A DNA stretch of 64,000 bases from Candidatus Bathyarchaeota archaeon (GTDB lineage: Archaea; Thermoproteota; Bathyarchaeia; Bathyarchaeales; Bathycorpusculaceae). This document shows positions 8,982 through 18,937 of the stretch, one piece after another. The stretch covers positions 1,984,001 through 2,048,000 of the forward strand of contig OY970340.1 of assembly GCA_963717465.1 (NCBI GenBank), written 5' to 3'. A program made the translations under genes and the position numbers. The notes beneath the pieces are model-generated. The model was not told the origin of the DNA. It ran no database searches and saw nothing but the letters and a program-made list of their open reading frames with translations. How positions within the stretch are numbered: position 1 is the stretch's first letter; the number at the start of each line of letters is the position of its first letter.

Positions 8982-10118
8982 TTATATTGCCTCTTTTATT
9001 ACTTCGGGCAAGCCAGCAATTTCATAGACGTACTGCAAATGAATTAACCGCTTGAGTGTCTGAGCGATTTTTCCTTCAACTGTTACTCCATAAATTTTTC
9101 CGATGCCATAAATCTCTCCGACAGCCAAAACTAACCCGCTAAATTTTGGTCGGTAAACTGGTTTGGGAGACTTGTTTAAATCTGCATGTATATTCGCTGC
9201 AACCACTTCTGCCTGCTGAAGAGCAATTTCCACGCATTGAGGCAAAATCTCTCCAGTATTTGGATCAACCGTCAAAGCTGAATCACCTACCACGTAAACT
9301 CCTGGAAAGCCAACTGCCTCACAGAACTCGTTAATAACTGCTCTGCCGCCTTTTCCAGTTTTTAAACCGCTTTTGCTTACCACGCTAGAGGCTGAGACTC
9401 CAGCTGTCCAAACAAAGATTGAACTCTCAATTATGCTCCCATCGCTCAAAACAACCTGATGAGGCTTAACTTCCACGATGCGTTTTCCAAGCATCAAATC
9501 CGCACCCATACTCGTTAATACTGAAGCGACTTTTTTAGAAAATTCAACATTGTTCCACGAAGGTAGCAAATTCTCGTTCGCTTCGATTATGGTAACGCAG
9601 CAATGGGACTCATCCAGAATTTCCCCAACCAACTCAACCCCTGTAAACCCTCCGCCTCCAACCACGACGTTAAACCTCTTTTTTTCTGAAATAAATTGCA
9701 AAACTTTATCACGAATTTTAGACGCTGATTCAACAGAATTAAAAGGCATAGCAAACTCACTTACGCCTTTTATGCCGTAAAAGTTAGGTTCATTACCAAG
9801 AGCAATAACAACTTTAAAGTATGATAGGTCCCCCTTGTCAGTCTTAACAATTTTATTCTTTACATCTATCTCCGTCACAGTTGCTTGCATGACCTGTATT
9901 TTCTTGTTTTTTAACAGCTCAGCCAACGGTAACGTTAAATCGGAAACTTTCTTGACATTCGTCACTATTTCATAAGAAAGATGTACATACTGATGATAAG
10001 GATTTTTGTCAACAAGAACTATATCTAAATCATCCCGATCTTTCGATTTTGCTTCAAGTTTTACAGCAGTCATCAAACCGCCATATCCTGCCCCAAGAAC
10101 CAAAACAGTTTTCTTCAT
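8982..10118 (-). CDS. Type II NADH dehydrogenase-like FAD oxidoreductase
   Basis: VLGAGYGG, VGGGGFTGVELVGE, VWTAG, YVVGD, ALQQA. Confidence 0.9.
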   Translation of the reverse strand: MKKTVLVLGAGYGGLMTAVKLEAKSKDRDDLDIVLVDKNPYHQYVHLSYEIVTNVKKVSDLTLPLAELLKNKKIQVMQATVTEIDVKNKIVKTDKGDLSYFKVVIALGNEPNFYGIKGVSEFAMPFNSVESASKIRDKVLQFISEKKRFNVVVGGGGFTGVELVGEILDESHCCVTIIEANENLLPSWNNVEFSKKVASVLTSMGADLMLGKRIVEVKPHQVVLSDGSIIESSIFVWTAGVSASSVVSKSGLKTGKGGRAVINEFCEAVGFPGVYVVGDSALTVDPNTGEILPQCVEIALQQAEVVAANIHADLNKSPKPVYRPKFSGLVLAVGEIYGIGKIYGVTVEGKIAQTLKRLIHLQYVYEIAGLPEVIKEAI

Positions 10119-10122
10119 ACCA

Positions 10123-10350
10123 TTAACACCAAAACATTTCAAAACAATTAAAATGAACTTGAGTTGGCGCAAGCTTTCCACTGACAACAAAGCCATTAGC
10201 CATTAAACGCTCAAAATATTGCCGCATATCATCTTGAGGATTGAATCCTGCAGTCTTATTGACCTTAAGCTCTGCAAACATGCATTCATCAAATAAGTCC
10301 ATTATAGCCACTAATAATGCAAAACCATACTTATAACAATATTTAACCAT
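10123..10350 (-). CDS. Small hypothetical protein
   Basis: ORF ends 5 nt before the NDH-2 start. Confidence 0.35.
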   Translation of the reverse strand: MVKYCYKYGFALLVAIMDLFDECMFAELKVNKTAGFNPQDDMRQYFERLMANGFVVSGKLAPTQVHFNCFEMFWC

Positions 10351-10517
10351 TTGCAAAACATAAAATGCACAAGACTATTTGTGTTTCTTATCCTGTCGAA
10401 TTAATCTAAATTTTCAGGATTTGCCGCAACTCGTCGCATGGAAAATTTCAGAACAGGTTAGGACGTTTGAAGAGAACATTTAAGAGTTGAAAAATCCATA
10501 CGAGCTTTCGACCTCTC

Positions 10518-11687
10518 ATGAAATTGAAAGGTTTGCCGCTTAATCTTGATACGTATGAAACAAATGAAGTACTTACGAGCAAGCATTTTCGAGAATTTAG
10601 GATGCCTGACTTTGAGTGGATCTACCTTCCAGAGAGCATGAGGCCGTTCGCAGGCGCTAGCCCTTTGGGCGTGAAGGAGTTTATTGCTGATGACAATAGA
10701 GGTGCCGTTTCCACTTTGCCTTCTTTAAAAATAGACGGCTCTGACTTTTACCTCTCTGTTAAAGGCGTTGGGTCCACGACTAATCCGTTTTCTCATCAGC
10801 TTTTGGACAAATCTGAAATTTGTAACTTATTGAGAGATTCAAGATTGAATGAGAAAATATTGAATTCCCCTGATTGTGCTCAGCGATACATTACAGGTGA
10901 ATTATGGTTAAGAGGTTCGCCGTATGGTGGGCAGGGACTCCAGCATGCAACTACTTCTTTGAGAGTATCCGAAATGGCCAACCTTACCTCCATTCACGGA
11001 TTTAGAATTGCACCCCTTGTGAAAATAGTTTTTCTTCCCCAAGACCTTGAACGTGAAATTAAGAAGATTTTTTGGTACCGCAGGTTCGCTGGGAGAATGG
11101 TTCAGGAAATAAGACTTGTGCCATCTAATGTAAGAATCTATTTTCACTCGGGAAGCACTGTCGGCAGTAACATTCATTCACTTTTTGAAATCTTTGGAGT
11201 AGACAGTAATGATAAAGCGTTGGAGTTTATGAAGAATTTTGTCAAGAGTGGTATTGCATTCCTAACTTTGTTTGTGAGATCGATAAAAAGTAATGTTGAT
11301 GGAACGTTCAGCGGGCTGGATTTTTATGATGTTTGGCTGGATAAAGATGCGGTTCTATCGCCTGATGGAAATATTTTCTTTGTGGACCTTGAAGGCTTGG
11401 AGTGGATAACTGTTTGTGAAAAAGATGTTCAGGAAAAGATAGAGGATCAGATATATCGTTCGCTTTACGAGTTCATGTATGCTTACGAGCAGATAGAACA
11501 TGAACGTTCCACAAGGTTTGGAGAAATGATGGATAGGAAAGCGCAGTTTGAATACATTCTCAGAGAAGCCTTGAGTAATGATGAAGTTGTTGATGTTGTG
11601 CGTGATCGACAAAGTCTGCAACTAATCATCGGTAATATTCTAGAAGAGCAAACTTTAACTAAGAAATTCCCAATGATTGACTGGTGA
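10518..11687 (+). CDS. Uncharacterised protein with SelO-like/protein-kinase-like motifs
   Basis: DDNRG, LSVKGVGST, RLVPSNVRI and DVWLDKD..DG..FFVDLE line up by eye with SelO DGRA, LKGxGxT, RxAPSxxRF and TDN..DYG motifs. Confidence 0.6.
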   Translation: MKLKGLPLNLDTYETNEVLTSKHFREFRMPDFEWIYLPESMRPFAGASPLGVKEFIADDNRGAVSTLPSLKIDGSDFYLSVKGVGSTTNPFSHQLLDKSEICNLLRDSRLNEKILNSPDCAQRYITGELWLRGSPYGGQGLQHATTSLRVSEMANLTSIHGFRIAPLVKIVFLPQDLEREIKKIFWYRRFAGRMVQEIRLVPSNVRIYFHSGSTVGSNIHSLFEIFGVDSNDKALEFMKNFVKSGIAFLTLFVRSIKSNVDGTFSGLDFYDVWLDKDAVLSPDGNIFFVDLEGLEWITVCEKDVQEKIEDQIYRSLYEFMYAYEQIEHERSTRFGEMMDRKAQFEYILREALSNDEVVDVVRDRQSLQLIIGNILEEQTLTKKFPMIDW

Positions 11688-13246
11688 TTCAAATGCAGTG
11701 CAATGACGTAAGACTGTTCTTCTCTCAAATAACCGCAAAGTCCATTTCAATGCAAATATCACAAGCCGACATGGATTTTCTCAGTAACGGTGGCTACGTT
11801 TCAGTGATGAAAAAAGAAGACTATGATCAGGCGTTGACCGAAGTTTCAAATCTAAACAAATTGAATCTGGACCAACAAAATGAATTGAATTATGAGCGAG
11901 GCGAAGAGTCAACTCTTAGACAAGAAGAGAAGAAAGTTCATTCAATAATGTTTCATTTTGAGAACAAAGAGAAGAAGGAAGCCGAACTTGAAACTTACCA
12001 AAATGAAGAGAACCTTGTCTCCAAAGTAGAGACAGAAGTAGCTAGCAGAGATTCAAAAATAAAAGCTCTTATCCAGAAAAAATCAATTGTTGACAGAATG
12101 GTTCCTTATAACGGGGAATACCTGTCCCTTACTGGCCTTGGGGTAATAACCCTAAACGACCTTAACATTAGGAATTACAGGGTTTCAACTAGCCAGTTCT
12201 CCGACTTCATTGAAGAGAGAACGACAACTTTTGGCGAATTGCGATCCATAGCCGAAAGAGGCAGCTTTTACACTTCTAGGCTTGTTGCAGAATTGCCAGA
12301 TGCTGATCCATCTCAACTCTGGAGCGTTTCAATAGGATTAGGAAAGCTTCAAGGAGACCCAAATCAAATCATTCAAAAATTCTCTCTCGCAATGAATAGC
12401 TTGCAGCATTTCAATTCCACCCTTGAAAACAAAATGATGGCGGCCGAAATTATGACTTCCTCAAAGACAGATTTCTCTCAACCTAACAGTTCTGCCCTGC
12501 AGAGTTTATCAGAATCCTTGTCAAATCTTGACCGCGAAATTAGACACGACGCCAAAGTTCCCAAGCAATTATCAGCAGGCATTGCAGCCACTATCCTGTT
12601 TGGAAGAAGATTTGACGGCACTTTCCCCACTGACAACTTCCTAAAATTTTCCAAAATAACCTCTTCGTATGAATCGGCAGCAATATTAGCTATAATGAAC
12701 ACGCCTTTTGACCAACTGGCAGGCAAATTCCAATCTTTCAGATCACTATTTGGTTCTTGGGGTTATGAAGTGTCAGAGGACACTGAACTAGCCTCTGCAT
12801 ATTTATCAATTTCCGATTTAGGACCAGAAGACGTGAAGACGAAGTTAACTATAATTATCGATTCACTCAAGAATTATCTTGAATATCCCCTTGTGGCTTC
12901 AGCGATTCTTGGATCAATAGCGACTTTTGAAGCTAATGAAGCTCTTGACCTGCTACACAAAGCGTACACGACAATTGGGTCCTTCGCCCAAGACTTAAGT
13001 CCTTCTGAACTGCTAAGCCTTTCAGTCAGGATGATTCACGGAATCAAGAATGAACTAGTAAAACAGCTGGATTCAACCGCAAAGATAGTGAACACTCCAG
13101 TGCAATTCACATACGCACCATCAGGCATATTCTTCATATATTATGCACCCCTGATTATCGCACACTCATCTTACTATTCAACATTCAGCGGAGTCGGAGG
13201 CTACCACCCCGCACATGTTCATGGTGTGGGAGGGTTTATGGGATGA
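11684..13246 (+). CDS. Uncharacterised helical protein, N-terminal coiled coil, Gly/His-rich C-terminus (possibly DUF4003-like)
   Basis: 520 aa; 4-nt overlaps with both neighbours. Confidence 0.7.
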   Translation: MIQMQCNDVRLFFSQITAKSISMQISQADMDFLSNGGYVSVMKKEDYDQALTEVSNLNKLNLDQQNELNYERGEESTLRQEEKKVHSIMFHFENKEKKEAELETYQNEENLVSKVETEVASRDSKIKALIQKKSIVDRMVPYNGEYLSLTGLGVITLNDLNIRNYRVSTSQFSDFIEERTTTFGELRSIAERGSFYTSRLVAELPDADPSQLWSVSIGLGKLQGDPNQIIQKFSLAMNSLQHFNSTLENKMMAAEIMTSSKTDFSQPNSSALQSLSESLSNLDREIRHDAKVPKQLSAGIAATILFGRRFDGTFPTDNFLKFSKITSSYESAAILAIMNTPFDQLAGKFQSFRSLFGSWGYEVSEDTELASAYLSISDLGPEDVKTKLTIIIDSLKNYLEYPLVASAILGSIATFEANEALDLLHKAYTTIGSFAQDLSPSELLSLSVRMIHGIKNELVKQLDSTAKIVNTPVQFTYAPSGIFFIYYAPLIIAHSSYYSTFSGVGGYHPAHVHGVGGFMG

Positions 13247-14316
13247 ACTCAAAAAAATATCTTGTCGTCGCCATCTTTCTAATGTTCTCCCTTTTCCTAT
13301 TCTCTTCTACTTTTCCAGCTCACTCTACACCGACCTATGTTCCACAACCGGGAGATTACTTCTTTTACCACGAAGTCATAAGCATTGCGAATGGCACCGG
13401 TAATTATGTTGGATATATCGAACAGGACATCTATGATGGAAATGAAACGATAAACGGAGTAAGCCAAGATGGAATTGTATCTGCAAGCTACGGGTACACA
13501 CTTACTTGGAGTAACAGTGAAAATGAGATAGGCAATAATAGCGAGTCTGGAAACTTTACTTTCTCATCAGCAGACTTTCTTTACGTTAATGGAACTGATG
13601 ATCAAACTGGATATGTTAATCCAACTGTCTGGTTCTGGATAGATAACTCAATTCCAGTAGACGGCAACTTTACCCTTCTGAACACTGAGATGACAGTTCA
13701 ATCTACAAATTACAGCTACTTCAACGAACAGCAGCTTAGAAGCGTAAACGCGACTTATGCTCAAGGAAGCTCAAGTTACCAACGAAACGATGAATATGGA
13801 CAATTCACCGCATCCTACACCTGGAACGCTTACTTCGACCCATCAACAGGATACATAATTGGATATGACTATGTCGAGCACGATACTAACCAATCAGGAG
13901 ACGGGTTCACTTACACCGACCACCTAGATGTACTTTCAACTAGCTACCCTTTGACAACTGTGGCAACTATCACGCCCAACAGTACAAGTAGTACCGCTGA
14001 AGTATCATCTGTGGACTTAATATCATATGTAGGAATCTTTGCGGCAATATTAGTGTTAATTATTGTAATCGTAGTGGTTGTTGTAATCATTTATGCATCT
14101 ACGAGAAAACGAAAACCCCTTCCACAGCATTCCTACCAACAATACCAAAGACCACCGCCTCCGCCGCCACCGGATATTGATTTAACTCCAAAGCAGCAAC
14201 CGCCAGTACAGCAGATCGTTATCAAAGAGGTCGTAAAGGTGAAATGTCGCTACTGCGGAGCACTCATAGACTCCACCGCTGAAACCTGCCCAATTTGCGG
14301 AGCACCCAGAACTTAG
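13243..14316 (+). CDS. Single-pass surface protein with cytoplasmic poly-Pro and Zn ribbon
   Basis: Signal peptide, many N-x-S/T sequons, TM helix, PPPPPPP, CRYCG..CPICG. Confidence 0.85.
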   Translation: MNSKKYLVVAIFLMFSLFLFSSTFPAHSTPTYVPQPGDYFFYHEVISIANGTGNYVGYIEQDIYDGNETINGVSQDGIVSASYGYTLTWSNSENEIGNNSESGNFTFSSADFLYVNGTDDQTGYVNPTVWFWIDNSIPVDGNFTLLNTEMTVQSTNYSYFNEQQLRSVNATYAQGSSSYQRNDEYGQFTASYTWNAYFDPSTGYIIGYDYVEHDTNQSGDGFTYTDHLDVLSTSYPLTTVATITPNSTSSTAEVSSVDLISYVGIFAAILVLIIVIVVVVVIIYASTRKRKPLPQHSYQQYQRPPPPPPPDIDLTPKQQPPVQQIVIKEVVKVKCRYCGALIDSTAETCPICGAPRT

Positions 14317-15099
14317 ATAACTTTGCCAACTTTTTTGTTCATTTTTCCTGTATCAATGTATCGCTTGAAATATTGAAATAACTGTCCAGATGTTGTCATA
14401 TTCGCTTTTAAAGCAATTCTTGAAGAGGGAAGGTTATTTTGTGAAATTTCCGAGAACGCTAAATGGGCACGTTTTGATTTGAGCCAGAGAAGTCGAGCAT
14501 ATAGAATATCTTCACCTATTCCCATTCTCCTAAACTGAGGTTTTACATAAAGATCATGCAATCTTCCGACGCCATTCACAAATGAGACCCAGCCCAACCC
14601 AGCAATTTCATTGTTTAACCTGACAGTGAAGCATTTATCTCCATTTTCAAGTGCAACATTAACCCAGTGTCTGTTTATTTCAGGATATGCCGAAATCATG
14701 AATTTTTCAATCTCCTCTACGTGCTTATTCTCCGCCATAGAAATTTCGTAACTGAACCTGTGAACAATGGCTGCATCCTTTAAGTTTATATTGTAAATAT
14801 TATAGATTTCATTTTCATGCTCAGTTTTCATTTCTGCAAAAAGACACCTGAGCGGTTTTAAATTATAAAAGTAGTCAAACACTTCTCTTGACTTTGTATA
14901 AACTGAGCCAACTCTCTCCGAGCTATCGTACAAGAAAACTCCCGAGACAGTTTCATCGGAAGTTTCTAGCCACAAAAGCTTCACCTCCTATTTCAAGAAT
15001 TTCTTTCACAAAATATTGAAGATAAGGTTCAAAGAATGAGAAACTGTCAGGAAAGACAAAGTTAATATCGGCTAATTCACGTATATCGCAAACTCTCAT
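14313..15099 (-). CDS. GNAT family acetyltransferase (frameshift near 14963-14965)
   Basis: LYVKPQFRRMGIG motif A; N-terminus MRVCDIRE...GGEAFVAR from ATG 15099 joins if one A is removed. Confidence 0.8.
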
Positions 15100-15252
15100 T
15101 TTTCTTGAACACTCATCTCTAAAAAGTACTTCAACCTGATAAACTTAAGTTTGAATTAAACAAGCTAAATCAAACTGGCTGATTGCAAAATTAAAAACGC
15201 AAATTGAGTTTAATGCTAAGACTTAAGAAGGATTAATTTAGCATTAGGTGGC

Positions 15253-16716
15253 ATGACATCCCTAACATTTTATGGGGGCGTTAACGAAATTGGCGGTAAC
15301 AAGATTCTACTTGAGGATCAGGGAACCAAGATATTTCTTGATTTTGGAATAAGTTTTGGTCAAGCAAACAATTATTTTTCCGAATTCATACAGCCAAGAA
15401 AATGCAATGGTTTAGGTGATTTTATCGAGTTCGGGCTCATTCCTGATATCAAAGGTCTCTATAGACTTGATTACCTGAAACAGATGGGCCGTCCACCTGA
15501 AGATTTAGAGATTAATGGCTTACTCCTGTCACACGCTCACGCTGACCATGCTTCTTACATTAACCATCTTCGCGAAGACCTGCCGATTTACTGTTCTCAA
15601 CAGACGTATCGTATTCTGAAAGCGATAAACGATACCGGTAACGGAAATTTTTCAGATATTACTCAGTTGACAAGAAGCTTTGAAACCTACGTTAACTCGA
15701 AAGGTGAAATCAGCCGCAAAACAACGCAAACCCATAAAGACATCTGCGTAGAAAGAAACTTTAAACCATTTAATTTCGGCAAATGTTTCAAGATTGATAA
15801 CGTTGAAATAGAACCGTACAATGTTGATCACTCCCTATCGGGAGCGACAGGCTACATTATTCACACCTCAATCGGAACCATTGTTTACACTGGAGACTTC
15901 CGATTTCACGGCAGAAGAAAAAAAGAGACAACGGCGTTTATGGAAGCAAGCATGGAGGCAAAACCTGACTTGCTACTCATAGAAGGCACACGTGTAGATG
16001 AGCCGTGCTCAAAAACAGAAGAAGACGTAGAAGAAGAAATTTGTAGCCTCTCTAAAAATACGAAGGGGCTTGCAGTTTGCAACTGGACTTTAAGAGATAC
16101 TGATAGGATGCTCTCTTTCCTTAACGTGGCTAAACGTATGGGCAAGAAACTTGCAATATCATTAAGGCAAGCTTATCTGCTAAATGAACTCTCTAAATGC
16201 TCAGATGCTTTAGCTCCAGACCTAAACGATGAAGCCATAGAATTTTATGCTAACAGAAAAAGCTGGGGATTAATCGGCAGTGCATGCGACAAAAGACTGA
16301 GAAACCAGGACTATGACAATTGGGAACGACCATACCTTGATAAGGCGATATGTTACAAGGATATAAAAGAGCATCAAGAAAAATACTTGATGTTTTGCTC
16401 CAACTTTGACCTTAAAGAACTAATCGACATTAAACCTGTAGACGGCTCAATCTACATTAAATCAGTTTGCGAACCATTCGACATCGAAATGGAGATTGAT
16501 TGGGCACACGTTAAGAACTGGCTAAACCATTTTGGATTAAACATCAAACCAACTCATGTTTCAGGACATGCATCCGCAGATCAACTCAAACAATTCATAA
16601 AAACAGTAAACCCTAAACTAACAATCCCAATTCACACGGAAAAACCTAAGTTATTTGAGCAATTGGGAAAAACGCATCTTCTAGGCAAGCAAGGAGACAA
16701 TTTTAAACTTATTTAA
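15253..16716 (+). CDS. Beta-CASP MBL-fold ribonuclease (RNase J/aCPSF-like)
   Basis: GGVNEIGGN, SHAHADH, VDHS, YTGDFR, HVSGHA, PIHTE. Confidence 0.9.
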   Translation: MTSLTFYGGVNEIGGNKILLEDQGTKIFLDFGISFGQANNYFSEFIQPRKCNGLGDFIEFGLIPDIKGLYRLDYLKQMGRPPEDLEINGLLLSHAHADHASYINHLREDLPIYCSQQTYRILKAINDTGNGNFSDITQLTRSFETYVNSKGEISRKTTQTHKDICVERNFKPFNFGKCFKIDNVEIEPYNVDHSLSGATGYIIHTSIGTIVYTGDFRFHGRRKKETTAFMEASMEAKPDLLLIEGTRVDEPCSKTEEDVEEEICSLSKNTKGLAVCNWTLRDTDRMLSFLNVAKRMGKKLAISLRQAYLLNELSKCSDALAPDLNDEAIEFYANRKSWGLIGSACDKRLRNQDYDNWERPYLDKAICYKDIKEHQEKYLMFCSNFDLKELIDIKPVDGSIYIKSVCEPFDIEMEIDWAHVKNWLNHFGLNIKPTHVSGHASADQLKQFIKTVNPKLTIPIHTEKPKLFEQLGKTHLLGKQGDNFKLI

Positions 16717-16790
16717 CAATCAATTCTTTTGCTTGAAACACGCCTTTTGGAAACGCTAAAAATATTAATTAATATCTTTAAATTGATTTT

Positions 16791-17318
16791 ATGAACCGCT
16801 ATGTCGCATTTCTAAGAGGCATTAACGTCGGTGGACATAAAGTCTTAAATGTGACTTTGAAAGAAGCTTTCGTTTCTTTAGGTTTTAAAAATATTGTTCT
16901 GTACAAGCAAAGCGGAAACATAATTTTTGAAACAGACAAAACAAGCACACAAGAAATCAGCACAATAATAGAAAACAAATTGCATACCGCACTTGGGTAT
17001 GAGGTAAGAACATTTATTCGTTCAATGAATGAGCTTACAGACATTATAAAATCTGAACCCTTCAAGAATCAATCTGAAGAGAATTCTAGTTTTTTGATAA
17101 CTTTTCTTCAAAGCAGTTTATCTGAATTGCCTCTTAAATTGCCTTTAACAATCCCAAATTCAACCGCACAGATAATTTTAGCAAGAGGCAAAGAGGTGTT
17201 CAGTGTAACTCACGGAGGCGGAGAAGGAGCGTTGCCTAACCCTTTTTTAGAATCAAAACTGAAAACAAAAGCAACGACTAGAAACATAAATGTAATTAAA
17301 GCCTTGATTGAAAAATAA
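16791..17318 (+). CDS. DUF1697 family protein
   Basis: YVAFLRGINVGG, QSGNIIF, TTRNIN. Confidence 0.9.
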   Translation: MNRYVAFLRGINVGGHKVLNVTLKEAFVSLGFKNIVLYKQSGNIIFETDKTSTQEISTIIENKLHTALGYEVRTFIRSMNELTDIIKSEPFKNQSEENSSFLITFLQSSLSELPLKLPLTIPNSTAQIILARGKEVFSVTHGGGEGALPNPFLESKLKTKATTRNINVIKALIEK

Positions 17319-17489
17319 GAAAATCCAACCCTTCAAGCAAACCAGCGAGAAAGGATCAACCGAATAAAATATTGCTTAAAATTTGGGTGCTTTCTTGAAA
17401 TTGAGAATTTCTTATTTAAAACAATTATTGAAGCAATGATCTAACAGGCAAACGCTCTTGAGATACTGATTTTATGAAAGTAAAGAAAT

Positions 17490-18704
17490 TCACGATGATG
17501 AAGTCTTGTTCTTCAAGTTGCTGTGGCGTCTCCTTAGGAAAATTATGCTTGCTCCAACTGAAGCCGCGGCTGCGGCAACTACGACAACTATCACAGTGAT
17601 TGGTATTCCTAAAACTGATGGCATTGAGGAATTAGCAGAACCAGTAAATGAGGTTTCAACTGTTGGATCGCTTGCAATTTTTGTGGTTAGGCCATAGGTT
17701 AAGTTGTCAAATGTCTGGTAGCATAAAACGAAATTAGCCGCTGTGCCTTGGACACCAGATAGCATTGGGGCAAAGTAAGCTGTTGCTGTTTTGTTTGCTA
17801 TTTGAGTTGTTCCTTGATATTCGGTATATGGGTCACCGAAGTTCATATCTGCCATATTGTACTGGTAGCCATAACCGTTATTGCTAGTGTAGTAGATTTC
17901 AGTTGGCGTGACTGAAGGCTGAAGGTTACACGCATGACCAACTTGCCATGATTCAGTCAAGTTTGACATGTTAGTGGTGTAAAGTATGGTGAGTGAGAAA
18001 TTGGCTCCAGCACTAACCTCAGTTCCGTTTGGGTAATACAGGTGTGAGTTGGTTAAGTCTAAAGTTGTGCCCATTTTTTCCGTTACCAATGAATAGTTAG
18101 CTATGATCTGTTGGGTGAGCGTTAAGGTGACGTTTGATGGCGCGTTTCCGTATGTGTCAAGCGCGATATCGTGGAAGGTAAACGTGTTGTTGAATGCTGA
18201 AAGACCATCAGCGGTTGTAGTTATAGGCGTTATTGACTCGTTAAAGGAGGTGCTGTTCCAAAGGTTAATCGGAATAATCGTTCCTGAGAAATTCAAATAA
18301 AGAGAGGGCGGACTGTAATTATTATTCATGTAGCCTGATGAGCCGTCGGGTTGACATGCAAGTTCTGTTTCAAAACACATGTAGCTATCATTGTTAACGT
18401 AAAATTGGATGTTGGAGTAAAGACCCTCACCGGTGCTACCTTCAGAGCCATTGCCTTGATAAATATTCAAGTTTGTCATCCAGTTTTCTCCTACGCCTAC
18501 AACTACTCCGCAACCTGTTTCACCTCTACTGGTAAACATTGAGGAAGTATCAATTGAATAGCCAAGCGGAGGAGCTGATTGGTCACTATTATAAATCCAT
18601 GTGGAAGAAGAATGAACACTATGCATAACGGAAGAAGCAAGAATTAAAACTAAAAAAGACACCAAAAAAACAATTTTTCGCAGCTTTACCATACCAATCA
18701 ACAT
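17490..18704 (-). CDS. Secreted surface protein with C-terminal TM anchor
   Basis: Signal peptide, Asn/Thr/Ser-rich, TM followed by RRR. Confidence 0.8.
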   Translation of the reverse strand: MLIGMVKLRKIVFLVSFLVLILASSVMHSVHSSSTWIYNSDQSAPPLGYSIDTSSMFTSRGETGCGVVVGVGENWMTNLNIYQGNGSEGSTGEGLYSNIQFYVNNDSYMCFETELACQPDGSSGYMNNNYSPPSLYLNFSGTIIPINLWNSTSFNESITPITTTADGLSAFNNTFTFHDIALDTYGNAPSNVTLTLTQQIIANYSLVTEKMGTTLDLTNSHLYYPNGTEVSAGANFSLTILYTTNMSNLTESWQVGHACNLQPSVTPTEIYYTSNNGYGYQYNMADMNFGDPYTEYQGTTQIANKTATAYFAPMLSGVQGTAANFVLCYQTFDNLTYGLTTKIASDPTVETSFTGSANSSMPSVLGIPITVIVVVVAAAAASVGASIIFLRRRHSNLKNKTSSS

Positions 18705-18937
18705 TTATTAATACTTACGATTTTATATTAAAAAGAATTATGAAGCCAAAATTACAATTTCAGAAATCTACTGAGTATCAATTATAAATCCCAAAGCTAA
18801 GTTCCGATTGTGCTCGCTTTCCAATTTCACCCACGAACCGGATGAAAATTTAGTTGCAAAGGCAAAACATTCTTTTAAATAGTAACGCTTCGATAGAGCT
18901 TAACCTGTTTTTGATAAAATGCACAAAATGAAGAGAA

